From an uncultured Verrucomicrobia subdivision 3 bacterium (GTDB lineage Bacteria > Verrucomicrobiota > Verrucomicrobiia > Limisphaerales > UBA8199): a stretch of 64,000 nucleotides of DNA. A program made the translations under genes and the position numbers. Each line of letters starts with the position of its first letter. Within the stretch, counting starts at the first letter, position 1. The stretch covers positions 5,058 through 69,057 of the forward strand of contig CAIWMU010000234.1 of assembly GCA_903913865.1 (NCBI GenBank). The letters run 5' to 3'. A model generated the notes under the pieces. The model made no database searches, had not been told where the DNA came from, and saw only the letters and a list, made by a program, of their open reading frames with translations. Below are positions 9,861 through 18,806 of the stretch, piece after piece.

Positions 9861-9878
9861 CCTGCAGACCGCTGCAGG
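9861..9878. terminator. Hairpin between convergent hpt and response-regulator genes (possible bidirectional terminator)
   Basis: CCTGCAG-ACCG-CTGCAGG, a 7-bp perfect stem, lying between the two stop codons. There is no T-tract on either side. Confidence 0.25.
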
Positions 9879-9892
9879 GTATGGGGGAAAGA

Positions 9893-10570
9893 TCAAATCC
9901 GGGGACCCGACTCCAGGCTGATCAATCCGTTCATTATTGCGAATTTGGTCAATCCTGCGACGGTGCGGATGTTCAGGCGCCGCATGATATGCTCACGATG
10001 GGTCTCGATGGTGCGGACCCCTATTCCCAGCAGGGTGGCGATCTCCTTGTTGCTCTGTCCTTCCGCTATCAAGGCGAGCACCTCCCGCTCGCGGGCTGAA
10101 AGCTGCGCCAGGCTGTCCGCTCTGGCATCCGTTGGCGTGGCCCGGACCGGTGTGGTTGCGGGAGCCTCCTCAGGAAAATAGGTTTCGCCCCCATGCACGA
10201 GTTCGAGCGCTTCGACCAACTCCTCCGGTGAGGCGTTCTTGGAGATGCAGCCCTGGGCGCCAGCCTGCATGATTTTGGACATGTAATCCCGATCGCTGTG
10301 CACGCTGAGGATCAACACCTTCACAGAAAGTCCGAGGCGCCTGAGTTCCTGGGTCACCTCCAGACCATTGAGCCCGGGCATGTTGATGTCCATCAGGACA
10401 ACATCCGGGCCAAGGTGCTTGATTTTTCCAAGGGTGTCATTTCCATCCGCAGCCTCCCCTATGATCTGCAACTGGGAGTGGCGGTCGAGGCACAGGTGGA
10501 GTCCCTTCCGGACAACCGGGTGGTCATCCGCAATCAAAAGCCTGATTTTCTGTTTGTTTTTGACGCTCAT
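9893..10570 (-). CDS. NarL/LuxR-family response regulator (REC + LuxR HTH)
   Basis: IRLLIADDHPVVRKGL...DVVLMDINMPGLNG receiver. LSAREREVLALIAEGQSNKEIATLLGIGVRTIETHREHIMRRL is a LuxR-type HTH. Confidence 0.9.
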   Translation of the reverse strand: MSVKNKQKIRLLIADDHPVVRKGLHLCLDRHSQLQIIGEAADGNDTLGKIKHLGPDVVLMDINMPGLNGLEVTQELRRLGLSVKVLILSVHSDRDYMSKIMQAGAQGCISKNASPEELVEALELVHGGETYFPEEAPATTPVRATPTDARADSLAQLSAREREVLALIAEGQSNKEIATLLGIGVRTIETHREHIMRRLNIRTVAGLTKFAIMNGLISLESGPRI

Positions 10571-10697
10571 GAACAGGACCAGAACTCTGGAATTACCAGA
10601 GATGTAATCTGCACCTCCGATGCTCCTACTGGCAAATCAATTTCATCCTGAGGATAAGCGGTAGACCCCCCCTTTTGCAACATTCGAACTTCGGGTT

Positions 10698-13600
10698 TCA
10701 GGGTCTATCGGAGGGGTTGCCCTGTAATCCGCTGGAGCCCTTTTCCTGGAAGATTCCTTTCAGAACCTTTAGTGGAAGGAAGGGCAATTGCATCAATTTC
10801 GGGATCAGAAAGACCGGTTCGAGGTGCGGCTGGTCCAGTGTTCCGGTGACTTTGTATTCAAATGATTTGGAGACGGGCCACAGAACGGTGCTGACCATGG
10901 GGCCGAACACCCGCATGTCGTGAAACAGCCCTGCCTCAACCCGGGCGTCAAGGTTTCCATCCAGATCGACGGTTCCCTTGTAGGTCAGCCGTGCGGCTGC
11001 GGTGCGGATGATCATATCCTCGGACCGCAGCACCCCGTTGGTCATCACAAAGGTGCAGTCGGCGGCATTGGCTTTTGAGTTGCCAAGACCGGGTGTGATG
11101 CCATTCAACATGGGGGAAAAAATTCCGAACAGGGGGATGTCCCAGATGAGGCCGTCCTTGAGGTGCATGTCGCCAAAACCACAGGCGGAATAGAGATTGG
11201 TGGTGTTGGCGCTGGTAACGGTGATATGGGCGCTTGCCACTCCCTCCAACTGGTTCGTGTGCCCGGTCAAATCGGAGAGCAGCGGTTTGAACCCGGCCTC
11301 GAAGATGCTCGTGGAGAAGATGAAGTCCGCATCCCCGTCCTCCCGAAAGAAAAACTTCGCCGAACCGGTGGCCTGCCCGCCGTAAAACTCCGCCATCATA
11401 TCGTCGATACTCAGGCTGGAGTTCAGCCAATGGAGGGTGCCATTGATCTTTGGCAGGCGGAATTTCCACCAATGGAACGGGCCACCCTTGATGTTGAGGG
11501 TCAGGTCGGCCCCTTTCTCCCCGTGCAGCGGTATTGAGCCGGAGGCATGGACAGAAGGGGGGGACAGGAACTTGTAGGGCGTGATGATCTTGACGATGTG
11601 CGGGCCGATGGCCCTTGCCACAAACATGGGATCAGTGTCAGTAAAGCCGTTGGTGATGTGAATCATCTGCCGGGCGAAGTCCGCCATCACCCCATCCGCC
11701 GAGAGGTGCTGGGTTCCGCGGTCGATCCGCGGGTTGAACACCCGGAGGACGTTGTTTGTGAATTGAAAGGATGCCTCCAGCCGGTCCGAGTGGTCTTCCC
11801 GGAAGCTGTAATTTGTGAGGCAGATATGTCCCCGAATGCCGGTGCGGGAGGGGTCGGCGTAATTGCCCCATAATTCCGCCTCGAGTCCCGGCGGGTCGGA
11901 GAGGGTGACGAGGTTGAAGAGGTTCTTTTCATCCGGACCGAGCAGGGGGAGAATGATCTTGGGGTCGAGACTGCTCTGGATATTCCAGAAGAAATCGCGG
12001 GAGCGCTCGTCGGCGCGGTGCTCAAGGGAGACATTACCGGTGCCGCTATGGAGTTGAAGATCCGGAAGACGCCAGACCTGGTTTGAGTAGTAGAAGTGGG
12101 CACTGGCGGAGCCTGCTGCGAGTCCACGGTAGGTGCCGCCCCCGGTGACTTGAAACTGTCCCGCCAGGGTAAGGCTGGGGAGGACCTCGTTCTTCCAATC
12201 CGGCTCCCGCTGGGTCCACGGAGCGAGCCGGAGGGTGGCTGAGGCGGTGGCAACAGGTGGATTCGTCCAGGTGAACTGGCTGAGCCAGCGCACGGCCGAT
12301 TGGGGCAGGAGGGGCCCCATTCTGCCGGGATCAACAGAGGTGCGCACCCAGGCCCTGCATAACCTTGTCCCAATATCCAGGCTGCCTCCGGCGTCCAGAT
12401 CCCTTCCATAAAACAGGCCGTGCAGGTTCGAAATGGTCAGCGCGGGTGTCTGCCAGGAACCGGCACAGGCAATCTGGCTGACGCGGTTCGTCTCCGATTC
12501 CAGATGTGTGGCTGCAGCGGACCAATCGAGGGCATAGGGCTGCAGGTTGGTCCACCAACCCAAAGTGGGATCGGGCTGTGGGGGCTGATCCATCCGGAGG
12601 AAGTTTCCCTCAAACGATGCCTGCTCGGTTTGTGCCCATGAGGTTCCCAGCTTGGAACAGTCGATGTGTAGCTTCCCATCCTGGGGTATGGGATTGGTGA
12701 GGGAGTGGACCCAGTCGGCCGCGAGGCGGGCAGAACCTGCCGTGGCCCAGCGGGTGGTGATTCCATCGGCTGAGCAGTTCAGGTGTCCTGTGACGGCATT
12801 GGACTGTGGGACGCCGTATTGGAGGCCGAGGTCGAGCGCGAAGTTCCTGGCACTGGCCCAGGGGGTCTGTGCGGAGGCGGCCTGAACTTGAATCCGCGCC
12901 CGGGAACGGCGTGTGCCACGGGCGGGATCCACTCTTGCGAAAAGCCGCCCATTCGTGACATCCGCCCAGGGGGTTTGGGCCCCGGGCGCGGCGAGAAGGA
13001 TGCGCAGGTTGAAGCTGTTCAGGTCCGATCCATCGCCCCGCAAATCGATCCTCAGTTCGGGCGGCGCGGAAAAATGGATACTCTCAAGAATATCCGCCCA
13101 GTGGCGCAACCTGCCCCGGCCGGAGCCCGGTGTTGCGGGTCCTGCACCCTTCCAGAGACTCCAGTTGCGAATCGCTGCGCCGTTGGTGATGATGCCGGAA
13201 AGCTGGAACCGCGCGCCCGCAAACTCCGCAGTCAGATCCTGCAGCTCCCACAGGTTTTCGCCGGGCAATCTCAGGCGGGTCTCAAGGTTGGTGATGCACA
13301 ATTCCCGGGATGGCTGGTTCTCGCCCGGGCCGGGGATGCTCCAGCTCACCCGGCCTCTGCGGATGGCAAGGCCATCGATCTGGAGGCGCCCGGAGGCCAG
13401 GGCCTCATGGTTCAACTGCAGCTCAACCTCTCCAGCTGTGAGCTGCGGTTTGGACGGATCCTGGAATTTGCCGAAACGCGCTCCCTCGGCAACGATGCCC
13501 TGATAGAACCGGAGACGGAGGCGGGAGTATTCAAAATCGATCCCCTCGGCCCGGAGACGGTCGAGGAGCGGCTGTTTCAAAAAGCCCGGCAGGCCCACCT

Positions 13601-13733
13601 GATTCACATAAACCAGCAGCCCGATGAGCCCCAGCACAAACAAAAGCACGGCAATCCGGAACCGCCGGAAATACACGCGCATTGTCTGCCAGAAGCTTCT
13701 GCGCTTTTTCTCCCTGGCCATAGGCTCCCCCAT
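10698..13733 (-). CDS. Large membrane-anchored AsmA/TamB-like protein (1011 aa)
   Basis: Start chosen at the ATG overlapping the upstream stop (TGATG at 13731..13735). One N-terminal TM helix, FRIAVLLFVLGLIGLLVYV. Long beta-rich body. The C-terminal ...TYKGTVDLDGNLDARVEAGLF...YKVTGTLDQPHLEPV resembles AsmA_2/TamB C-terminal segments. The CDS is solid; the family call is tentative. Confidence 0.55.
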   Translation of the reverse strand: MGEPMAREKKRRSFWQTMRVYFRRFRIAVLLFVLGLIGLLVYVNQVGLPGFLKQPLLDRLRAEGIDFEYSRLRLRFYQGIVAEGARFGKFQDPSKPQLTAGEVELQLNHEALASGRLQIDGLAIRRGRVSWSIPGPGENQPSRELCITNLETRLRLPGENLWELQDLTAEFAGARFQLSGIITNGAAIRNWSLWKGAGPATPGSGRGRLRHWADILESIHFSAPPELRIDLRGDGSDLNSFNLRILLAAPGAQTPWADVTNGRLFARVDPARGTRRSRARIQVQAASAQTPWASARNFALDLGLQYGVPQSNAVTGHLNCSADGITTRWATAGSARLAADWVHSLTNPIPQDGKLHIDCSKLGTSWAQTEQASFEGNFLRMDQPPQPDPTLGWWTNLQPYALDWSAAATHLESETNRVSQIACAGSWQTPALTISNLHGLFYGRDLDAGGSLDIGTRLCRAWVRTSVDPGRMGPLLPQSAVRWLSQFTWTNPPVATASATLRLAPWTQREPDWKNEVLPSLTLAGQFQVTGGGTYRGLAAGSASAHFYYSNQVWRLPDLQLHSGTGNVSLEHRADERSRDFFWNIQSSLDPKIILPLLGPDEKNLFNLVTLSDPPGLEAELWGNYADPSRTGIRGHICLTNYSFREDHSDRLEASFQFTNNVLRVFNPRIDRGTQHLSADGVMADFARQMIHITNGFTDTDPMFVARAIGPHIVKIITPYKFLSPPSVHASGSIPLHGEKGADLTLNIKGGPFHWWKFRLPKINGTLHWLNSSLSIDDMMAEFYGGQATGSAKFFFREDGDADFIFSTSIFEAGFKPLLSDLTGHTNQLEGVASAHITVTSANTTNLYSACGFGDMHLKDGLIWDIPLFGIFSPMLNGITPGLGNSKANAADCTFVMTNGVLRSEDMIIRTAAARLTYKGTVDLDGNLDARVEAGLFHDMRVFGPMVSTVLWPVSKSFEYKVTGTLDQPHLEPVFLIPKLMQLPFLPLKVLKGIFQEKGSSGLQGNPSDRP

Positions 13734-15502
13734 CAAGGCCCGCCCCGTGGTGCGGGCAGGTAGGACTGGATATCGCGGAACAGGGGCCACGGAAACTCAA
13801 GAAACCAGGGCTGTTTTCCCAGTGAGACAGCGGCATAGGCGGATCCTGACGGGGCATCCGCACCGAACTCCACCGTATATTTGGTGCCATCCTTGAGTTC
13901 AAGGGTGAGTTGGTGGCCGTTCTCCTTGAATCCGTATTGGGCGCGGTGATCTCCCACCCCCACCCAGACCACTGCCGAAGCCTGGCAGAGCCCGCGCACG
14001 GTCTCCTCCACAGCCAGCTCGTTGATGACACCCTGTGAGCCCGGGGCAAGGGCCCATTGGTGTGCTCCCTGGCGCAGTAGTTGGTTGCTGCGGCCTCCCA
14101 CCATGAGGGTGAGGCTCTTCACCTGTTCCACATCGAGATTCCAGAATTTGCGCTCCCGCATCGCCCAACCCCCTGCGGGCAGGTGGGTCACAGCCCCCTG
14201 GGGCACAGCGTAAACCGTGTTCTCATCCGATCGTGAGGCAAACACCCGGTCGGCGCTGTTTGTGCCGAAGCTGACCTGGAGCAGGTCGTTTGTTTTTCCC
14301 GGCGCCCGCAACGCGTATTGCCAGCGCGGTTGGGAAAGCCCGTAGGCGGGAAGATCAGGGGGGGTGACCACCTCCCTCACATATTCAACCACCGTCAATC
14401 CGGCGAGTGTTCCGATCAGGTTCTTCACCATCCAGGCATCTGCAGGAACATTCTGCGGCATCACATTCCACGAATCATTCGTCCCACGCTCCAGGGTGAA
14501 CGGATCCGGCCCGGTCACTTTGATGAGATCCAGCTCTGGCAGCGGCCCGATCAGGAGTGGATCCCGGTAACTGCTCCCGGGCTGGCTCCAGGGATCAAGG
14601 GGATCGCGTGGAATGGTGACGATGGTACGGCTGCCGGACCGCCGGGCAAAAACAAGGGCGGGATCGTTCGTGGGACTGTTTCCAATCAGGAGGAGGGCGG
14701 TGCGGTTGGTTCCGCGGTTGAGGCTGATGCTCAGCTGGGGGGGCTGCAGACCAAGGGATTCCAAATCCGCCGCTGGATCATCGGTGACGAAATCACGGAC
14801 CTCAACGCGGGCCAGTTTCTGGAGAGCCTCCTCGATCTTTGGATTGTCCGCCCGGGCCGGGATGGGGAGGGTGAGGCTCCAACGCTCGGGGGAGTGGTGC
14901 AGTTCAAACACCTTGCCCTTGTTGGTGACTGAGATGCGGTCGCAGGCGAGGTCCTGTGGAGCGAGCAGGGTGGTTTCGCGCCAGGCATTGAGGGTTCGGG
15001 GGATGTGCTTCAGCAGGTCGGCATCCACGACGTAGGCATTTTCAGTGCCGACGACCTGCACGAAAACCTGGTCTCCGGGGGTCGTGAGCGCTCCCACCTG
15101 AATGTGCGCCACAAAGCCGGTTTGCTGGAGGATGATGTAAGCCTGGGGATGGGTGAGCCCATACTCCTCGCCCGACTTCGGGCGGGCTCGCAGTTCCTCG
15201 CCAGAAATCGTGGTGGCCGGGACCAATTTGGAAAGAGCCTGGATCAGCGCCTCGATCTTTGGCCCCTGCGCCGGATAGGCAATCGGGGCGGAGAGGCACC
15301 AGGCACCGTTCGTCAGGTCGGCGCGGAGTTCCATCTGTCCGGTGGCACGCACCTGAACAGAGACAACCTCGGAAGGCTTCAACGAAGAGAGGATGCCTTG
15401 AGGACCGTGGATGGTCGGCCGGGACAGATTGCGGGAAATCAGGATTGCGCCAAGCAGGATGGCTGCAGTCAGAACCCAGATCCAGGTGCGGCGGGGGTTC
15501 AT
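13733..15502 (-). CDS. DUF4340-like membrane-anchored periplasmic protein
   Basis: N-terminal anchor RRTWIWVLTAAILLGAILI. Lies directly downstream of a GldG-like gene, the usual DUF4340 context. Repetitive beta-rich body. Confidence 0.65.
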   Translation of the reverse strand: MNPRRTWIWVLTAAILLGAILISRNLSRPTIHGPQGILSSLKPSEVVSVQVRATGQMELRADLTNGAWCLSAPIAYPAQGPKIEALIQALSKLVPATTISGEELRARPKSGEEYGLTHPQAYIILQQTGFVAHIQVGALTTPGDQVFVQVVGTENAYVVDADLLKHIPRTLNAWRETTLLAPQDLACDRISVTNKGKVFELHHSPERWSLTLPIPARADNPKIEEALQKLARVEVRDFVTDDPAADLESLGLQPPQLSISLNRGTNRTALLLIGNSPTNDPALVFARRSGSRTIVTIPRDPLDPWSQPGSSYRDPLLIGPLPELDLIKVTGPDPFTLERGTNDSWNVMPQNVPADAWMVKNLIGTLAGLTVVEYVREVVTPPDLPAYGLSQPRWQYALRAPGKTNDLLQVSFGTNSADRVFASRSDENTVYAVPQGAVTHLPAGGWAMRERKFWNLDVEQVKSLTLMVGGRSNQLLRQGAHQWALAPGSQGVINELAVEETVRGLCQASAVVWVGVGDHRAQYGFKENGHQLTLELKDGTKYTVEFGADAPSGSAYAAVSLGKQPWFLEFPWPLFRDIQSYLPAPRGGP

Positions 15503-15505
15503 GGC

Positions 15506-16978
15506 CTATTTCCTGCGCCGTCCCCAGACCAGAAGGCCAATAAGCAGGGAGGTGCCGGGCATGCCGACCAGCAGCACCAGGCGGATTGTGGAGAGTTGGG
15601 CGTTGGTCAGGAGCAGGCGGTATTCGCCGATCGGGCGGGGGCCGAGACCGTCGAGCAACTGTGTGCGATCCAAAAGCCAGTTGGCAAGATAACCGGCAAA
15701 GTCACGGTTTGCCAGCAGGTCGATCTGGTGGTTCGCAAGGCAGAATGAATCGCCAATGACCACCATGCGGGTGCTGCCACGTTCTGTGATCACCCCGGGA
15801 ACCTCCCCTTTTTCCAGGGCAACCATCAGGGGATAATTGCGCCCCTCGCGGGCCGGATCCCGGGAGAGGTAGGACTTGGCGGAAGCGAAAGCGATCTCCT
15901 CCACCTTCGGGGCATCCGCAGCCTGAACCCGGGCCGCTTTGCGGCCGACGGTGCGGGGGCGGTTGAGGTAGAGGGTGCTGTTGAGCAGGGGATTCACCAG
16001 CGCGTGGCGGCTGTAGGCGCTGACAATCACCTCGGCCCCGCTGATCGTCTGGACCGGATCAATCACCAGGTTGAACCCCACATCCACCCCCCAGCGCTCG
16101 AGAATTCCCTCAAGGCCTGTGGGCCGGTTGTTGGCCAGCGCGTTGAACAGCGCCAGCAGGCGTCCACCCTGTTTCAGATACTGGTCGATGCGGGTCAATT
16201 CCTGCTCCGGGATCGGCACCGTGGGTCCGGCGATGATGAGCAGGCTGCAATCCATGGGAACCCCGCTGGTGCCCATCAGGGAGAGCGTGGAGACCTCGAT
16301 ATTGTTCTGCTGGAGGACGGAGGCGAACTTCATGTAGCCAGCCGTCTCGTCGCCCCCATCCGATTTGTGCTCGTTGTGGCCGGTCAGGAAGTAGGCCTTC
16401 AATGGCCTGGCACTCGTCACCTCAACCAACGCGCTTGTGAACCAGATCTCCCCCATGAACTCGGTTGGCTTGCGGCGGAATTCCTGCTCTTTCTCGTTGG
16501 GCACGCGCTCCAGGGTGTATTTCGCCAGCAGGTTGCCATCGACGATCTTCCGCCGTCCTTCGCACTCAAAGATGACGAGGTTTTTGTCGCCTGTGTTGTT
16601 CAGTTTGTATTCCGCTTTGACCAACTGGGCTGAGGAGGGGTCACGGAGGTAATCCACGGTGCGCAGGGAGATGTGCGGATTGGCCAGAGCGTATTCATTC
16701 AACAGGTCTGCCACGGTGGTGTAAAGCCCGTCATCCTTGCTGTAGTAAAGGGTGATCTTGATCTGGTTCGTGAGCGTGGAAAGAAAATGCTCTGTCCGGC
16801 TGGAAAGGGTGTTTTTGGTCCGGGAACTCAGGTGCAGGCGGAGGAAATATTCCCGGCTGAGATAATTCACCATCACCACCACCGACAACACAACAACCAC
16901 CACAAAGGTGACGTTCAGCCCTATCTTCCACCTGTCCCAGGGGGAGAAGCTCGGTTTTTGTGTGGGTTCGGCGTCCAT
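15506..16978 (-). CDS. GldG-like auxiliary component of an ABC-2 transporter
   Basis: N- and C-terminal TM helices. YFLTGHNEH motif and ...CSLLIIAGP... are typical of the GldG family. Positioned after the ABC-2 permease. Confidence 0.8.
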   Translation of the reverse strand: MDAEPTQKPSFSPWDRWKIGLNVTFVVVVVLSVVVMVNYLSREYFLRLHLSSRTKNTLSSRTEHFLSTLTNQIKITLYYSKDDGLYTTVADLLNEYALANPHISLRTVDYLRDPSSAQLVKAEYKLNNTGDKNLVIFECEGRRKIVDGNLLAKYTLERVPNEKEQEFRRKPTEFMGEIWFTSALVEVTSARPLKAYFLTGHNEHKSDGGDETAGYMKFASVLQQNNIEVSTLSLMGTSGVPMDCSLLIIAGPTVPIPEQELTRIDQYLKQGGRLLALFNALANNRPTGLEGILERWGVDVGFNLVIDPVQTISGAEVIVSAYSRHALVNPLLNSTLYLNRPRTVGRKAARVQAADAPKVEEIAFASAKSYLSRDPAREGRNYPLMVALEKGEVPGVITERGSTRMVVIGDSFCLANHQIDLLANRDFAGYLANWLLDRTQLLDGLGPRPIGEYRLLLTNAQLSTIRLVLLVGMPGTSLLIGLLVWGRRRK

Positions 16979-16979
16979 G

Positions 16980-17732
16980 CTATTTCCAGCGTCGGCTTTC
17001 CACGACCCGGAGTGTGAGGAACAGGAAGAAAAGGCTCAGGGAGCACATGAGCACGACGGAGCGGGTGTCTATGACACCCCGGGCGAAGTCGTGCATGGAC
17101 TCAAAGAAATTGAAACAGGCGAGGACCTGGCTTTGCCAGTCGGCCTGATGCTGCGCCTGATCGGCCATGTAGGCCAGCAGGAACAGGCTGGAGCCAAACA
17201 CCAGGCTGATGACAGCAGCGGTGACCTGGCTGCGGGTCATCGCCGAGGCAAAACAGCCGAGGGAAATGAACAGGCTGCCCAGGAGCCCGATCCCCAAAAA
17301 TGTGGAGGCCAGAACCCCGGCATCCACGGCTCCGGGATCGCTCGTAAAGTGGCGCACCAGCAGCACACAGCCCAGCAGGGGCATCCACATGACCAGGTAA
17401 AAAATCATCCCGGCTGTGAACTTGGCCAGCACCACCTGCAGATCGGTCACAGGGGCTGTCATCAACGTCTCGAACGTGCCCGTGAATTTCTCCAGGGCAA
17501 ACAGCCGCATCGTGATGACGGGGGTGGTCACCAGCAGGATGAGCCAGAAAAACCAGGTCATGTAGAACATCTCCGTGACCGGCATCGGGGTAGGCTCCCG
17601 CTGCAGTTGCTTGAGCAGGTCCACGAAGCTGAAGCCCAGCAGGAAGAGCGCGGCAGTGATAATGATGTAGCCGGTGAGTGAGACAAAGTAGCTGCCCAAT
17701 TCCCGGCGGGTGAGTGTCAGGTAGGCTTGCAT
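16980..17732 (-). CDS. ABC-2 type transporter permease (GldF-like)
   Basis: MQAYLTLTRRELGSYFVSLTGYIIITAALF followed by six hydrophobic segments. The ATG overlaps the ATPase stop (TGATG at 17730..17734). The track ORF extension to 17819 was rejected. Confidence 0.8.
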   Translation of the reverse strand: MQAYLTLTRRELGSYFVSLTGYIIITAALFLLGFSFVDLLKQLQREPTPMPVTEMFYMTWFFWLILLVTTPVITMRLFALEKFTGTFETLMTAPVTDLQVVLAKFTAGMIFYLVMWMPLLGCVLLVRHFTSDPGAVDAGVLASTFLGIGLLGSLFISLGCFASAMTRSQVTAAVISLVFGSSLFLLAYMADQAQHQADWQSQVLACFNFFESMHDFARGVIDTRSVVLMCSLSLFFLFLTLRVVESRRWK

Positions 17733-18691
17733 CAGGTCTCCTCCTCCTCCCGGCGGGTGACCTGCACGTAGATGTCCTCCAGGGAATGCCTGCTGCGGGT
17801 CAACTCCCGCATGGACCATCCCCGCTCCCTGGCAATCGCGAAAATCTGGGGACGCAGGTCCACTCCATCCAGCGGGGTCAGTGCGCAGCGGCAGTAATCC
17901 CCCTGAACGGGTGCCACATCAAAATGCTCCACCTCCGGCAGTTCGGCCCAGCAACGTTCCAGTTCGGCGGCGGGTGCGGCGATTTCGGCGATGATCTGGC
18001 TGTTCCCGCTCATCAGCCGCTGCAGATTGTCCGGCGTGTCCGCCGCAAGAATGCTGCCCTCATACATGATGACCATGCGGTTGCAGGTCATCTCCGCCTC
18101 CGGGAGGATATGGGTGGAGATCAGCACCGTGTGCGTCTGGGCCAGGCTTTTGATCAGCTTCCGGACGGAGCGGATCTGGTTCGGGTCCAGCCCGATGGTG
18201 GGCTCATCCAAAATGATCAGTTCCGGCTCATGCACGAGGGAATCGGCAAGACCCACCCGCTGGCGAAATCCCTTGGAGAGCTGGCCTATGATCCGCTTCT
18301 GAACCTCCGTCAGCTCAAACTGCTCCATCACCCGGTCCACCCGCTCCCGCGTCCGCACCCGGCTCAGACCCTTCAGGCGTGCGCGGAATTTGAGGTATTC
18401 CCTCACCCGCATGTCCGGATGCAGGGGGTTGTTCTCCGGCATGTAACCGATGCGGCGGCGAACCTCGTCAGATTCGTGGAAAATGTCGAACCCGGCCACG
18501 CGGGCCGTGCCGGAGGTTGCCGGGAGGAAGCATGAAAGAATGCGCATCGTGGTGCTTTTGCCGGCGCCATTCGGCCCCAGCAAGCCCACGATTTCCCCCC
18601 GCGCCACGGTGAACGAGATGTTCGAGACCGCAGTGCGGCCAGCGTAGCGCTTTGTCAGGTTCGCTACTTCGATCATCAAGCCGTCGCTCAT
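17732..18691 (-). CDS. ABC transporter ATP-binding protein (GldA-like)
   Basis: Walker A GLLGPNGAGKSTT, signature LSKGFRQRVGLA, Walker B LIILDEPTIGLD. Confidence 0.9.
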   Translation of the reverse strand: MSDGLMIEVANLTKRYAGRTAVSNISFTVARGEIVGLLGPNGAGKSTTMRILSCFLPATSGTARVAGFDIFHESDEVRRRIGYMPENNPLHPDMRVREYLKFRARLKGLSRVRTRERVDRVMEQFELTEVQKRIIGQLSKGFRQRVGLADSLVHEPELIILDEPTIGLDPNQIRSVRKLIKSLAQTHTVLISTHILPEAEMTCNRMVIMYEGSILAADTPDNLQRLMSGNSQIIAEIAAPAAELERCWAELPEVEHFDVAPVQGDYCRCALTPLDGVDLRPQIFAIARERGWSMRELTRSRHSLEDIYVQVTRREEEET

Positions 18692-18806
18692 TCCAAAAAA
18701 ACCAAATCAAAGTCTGCCAAAATAAGACGCCTGGAGCCACCAAAAATTCGGACGGATTGAAAAGATCGGCACGGGTGGAAACCACCGATTCCGCGATCTG
18801 CCGCCA

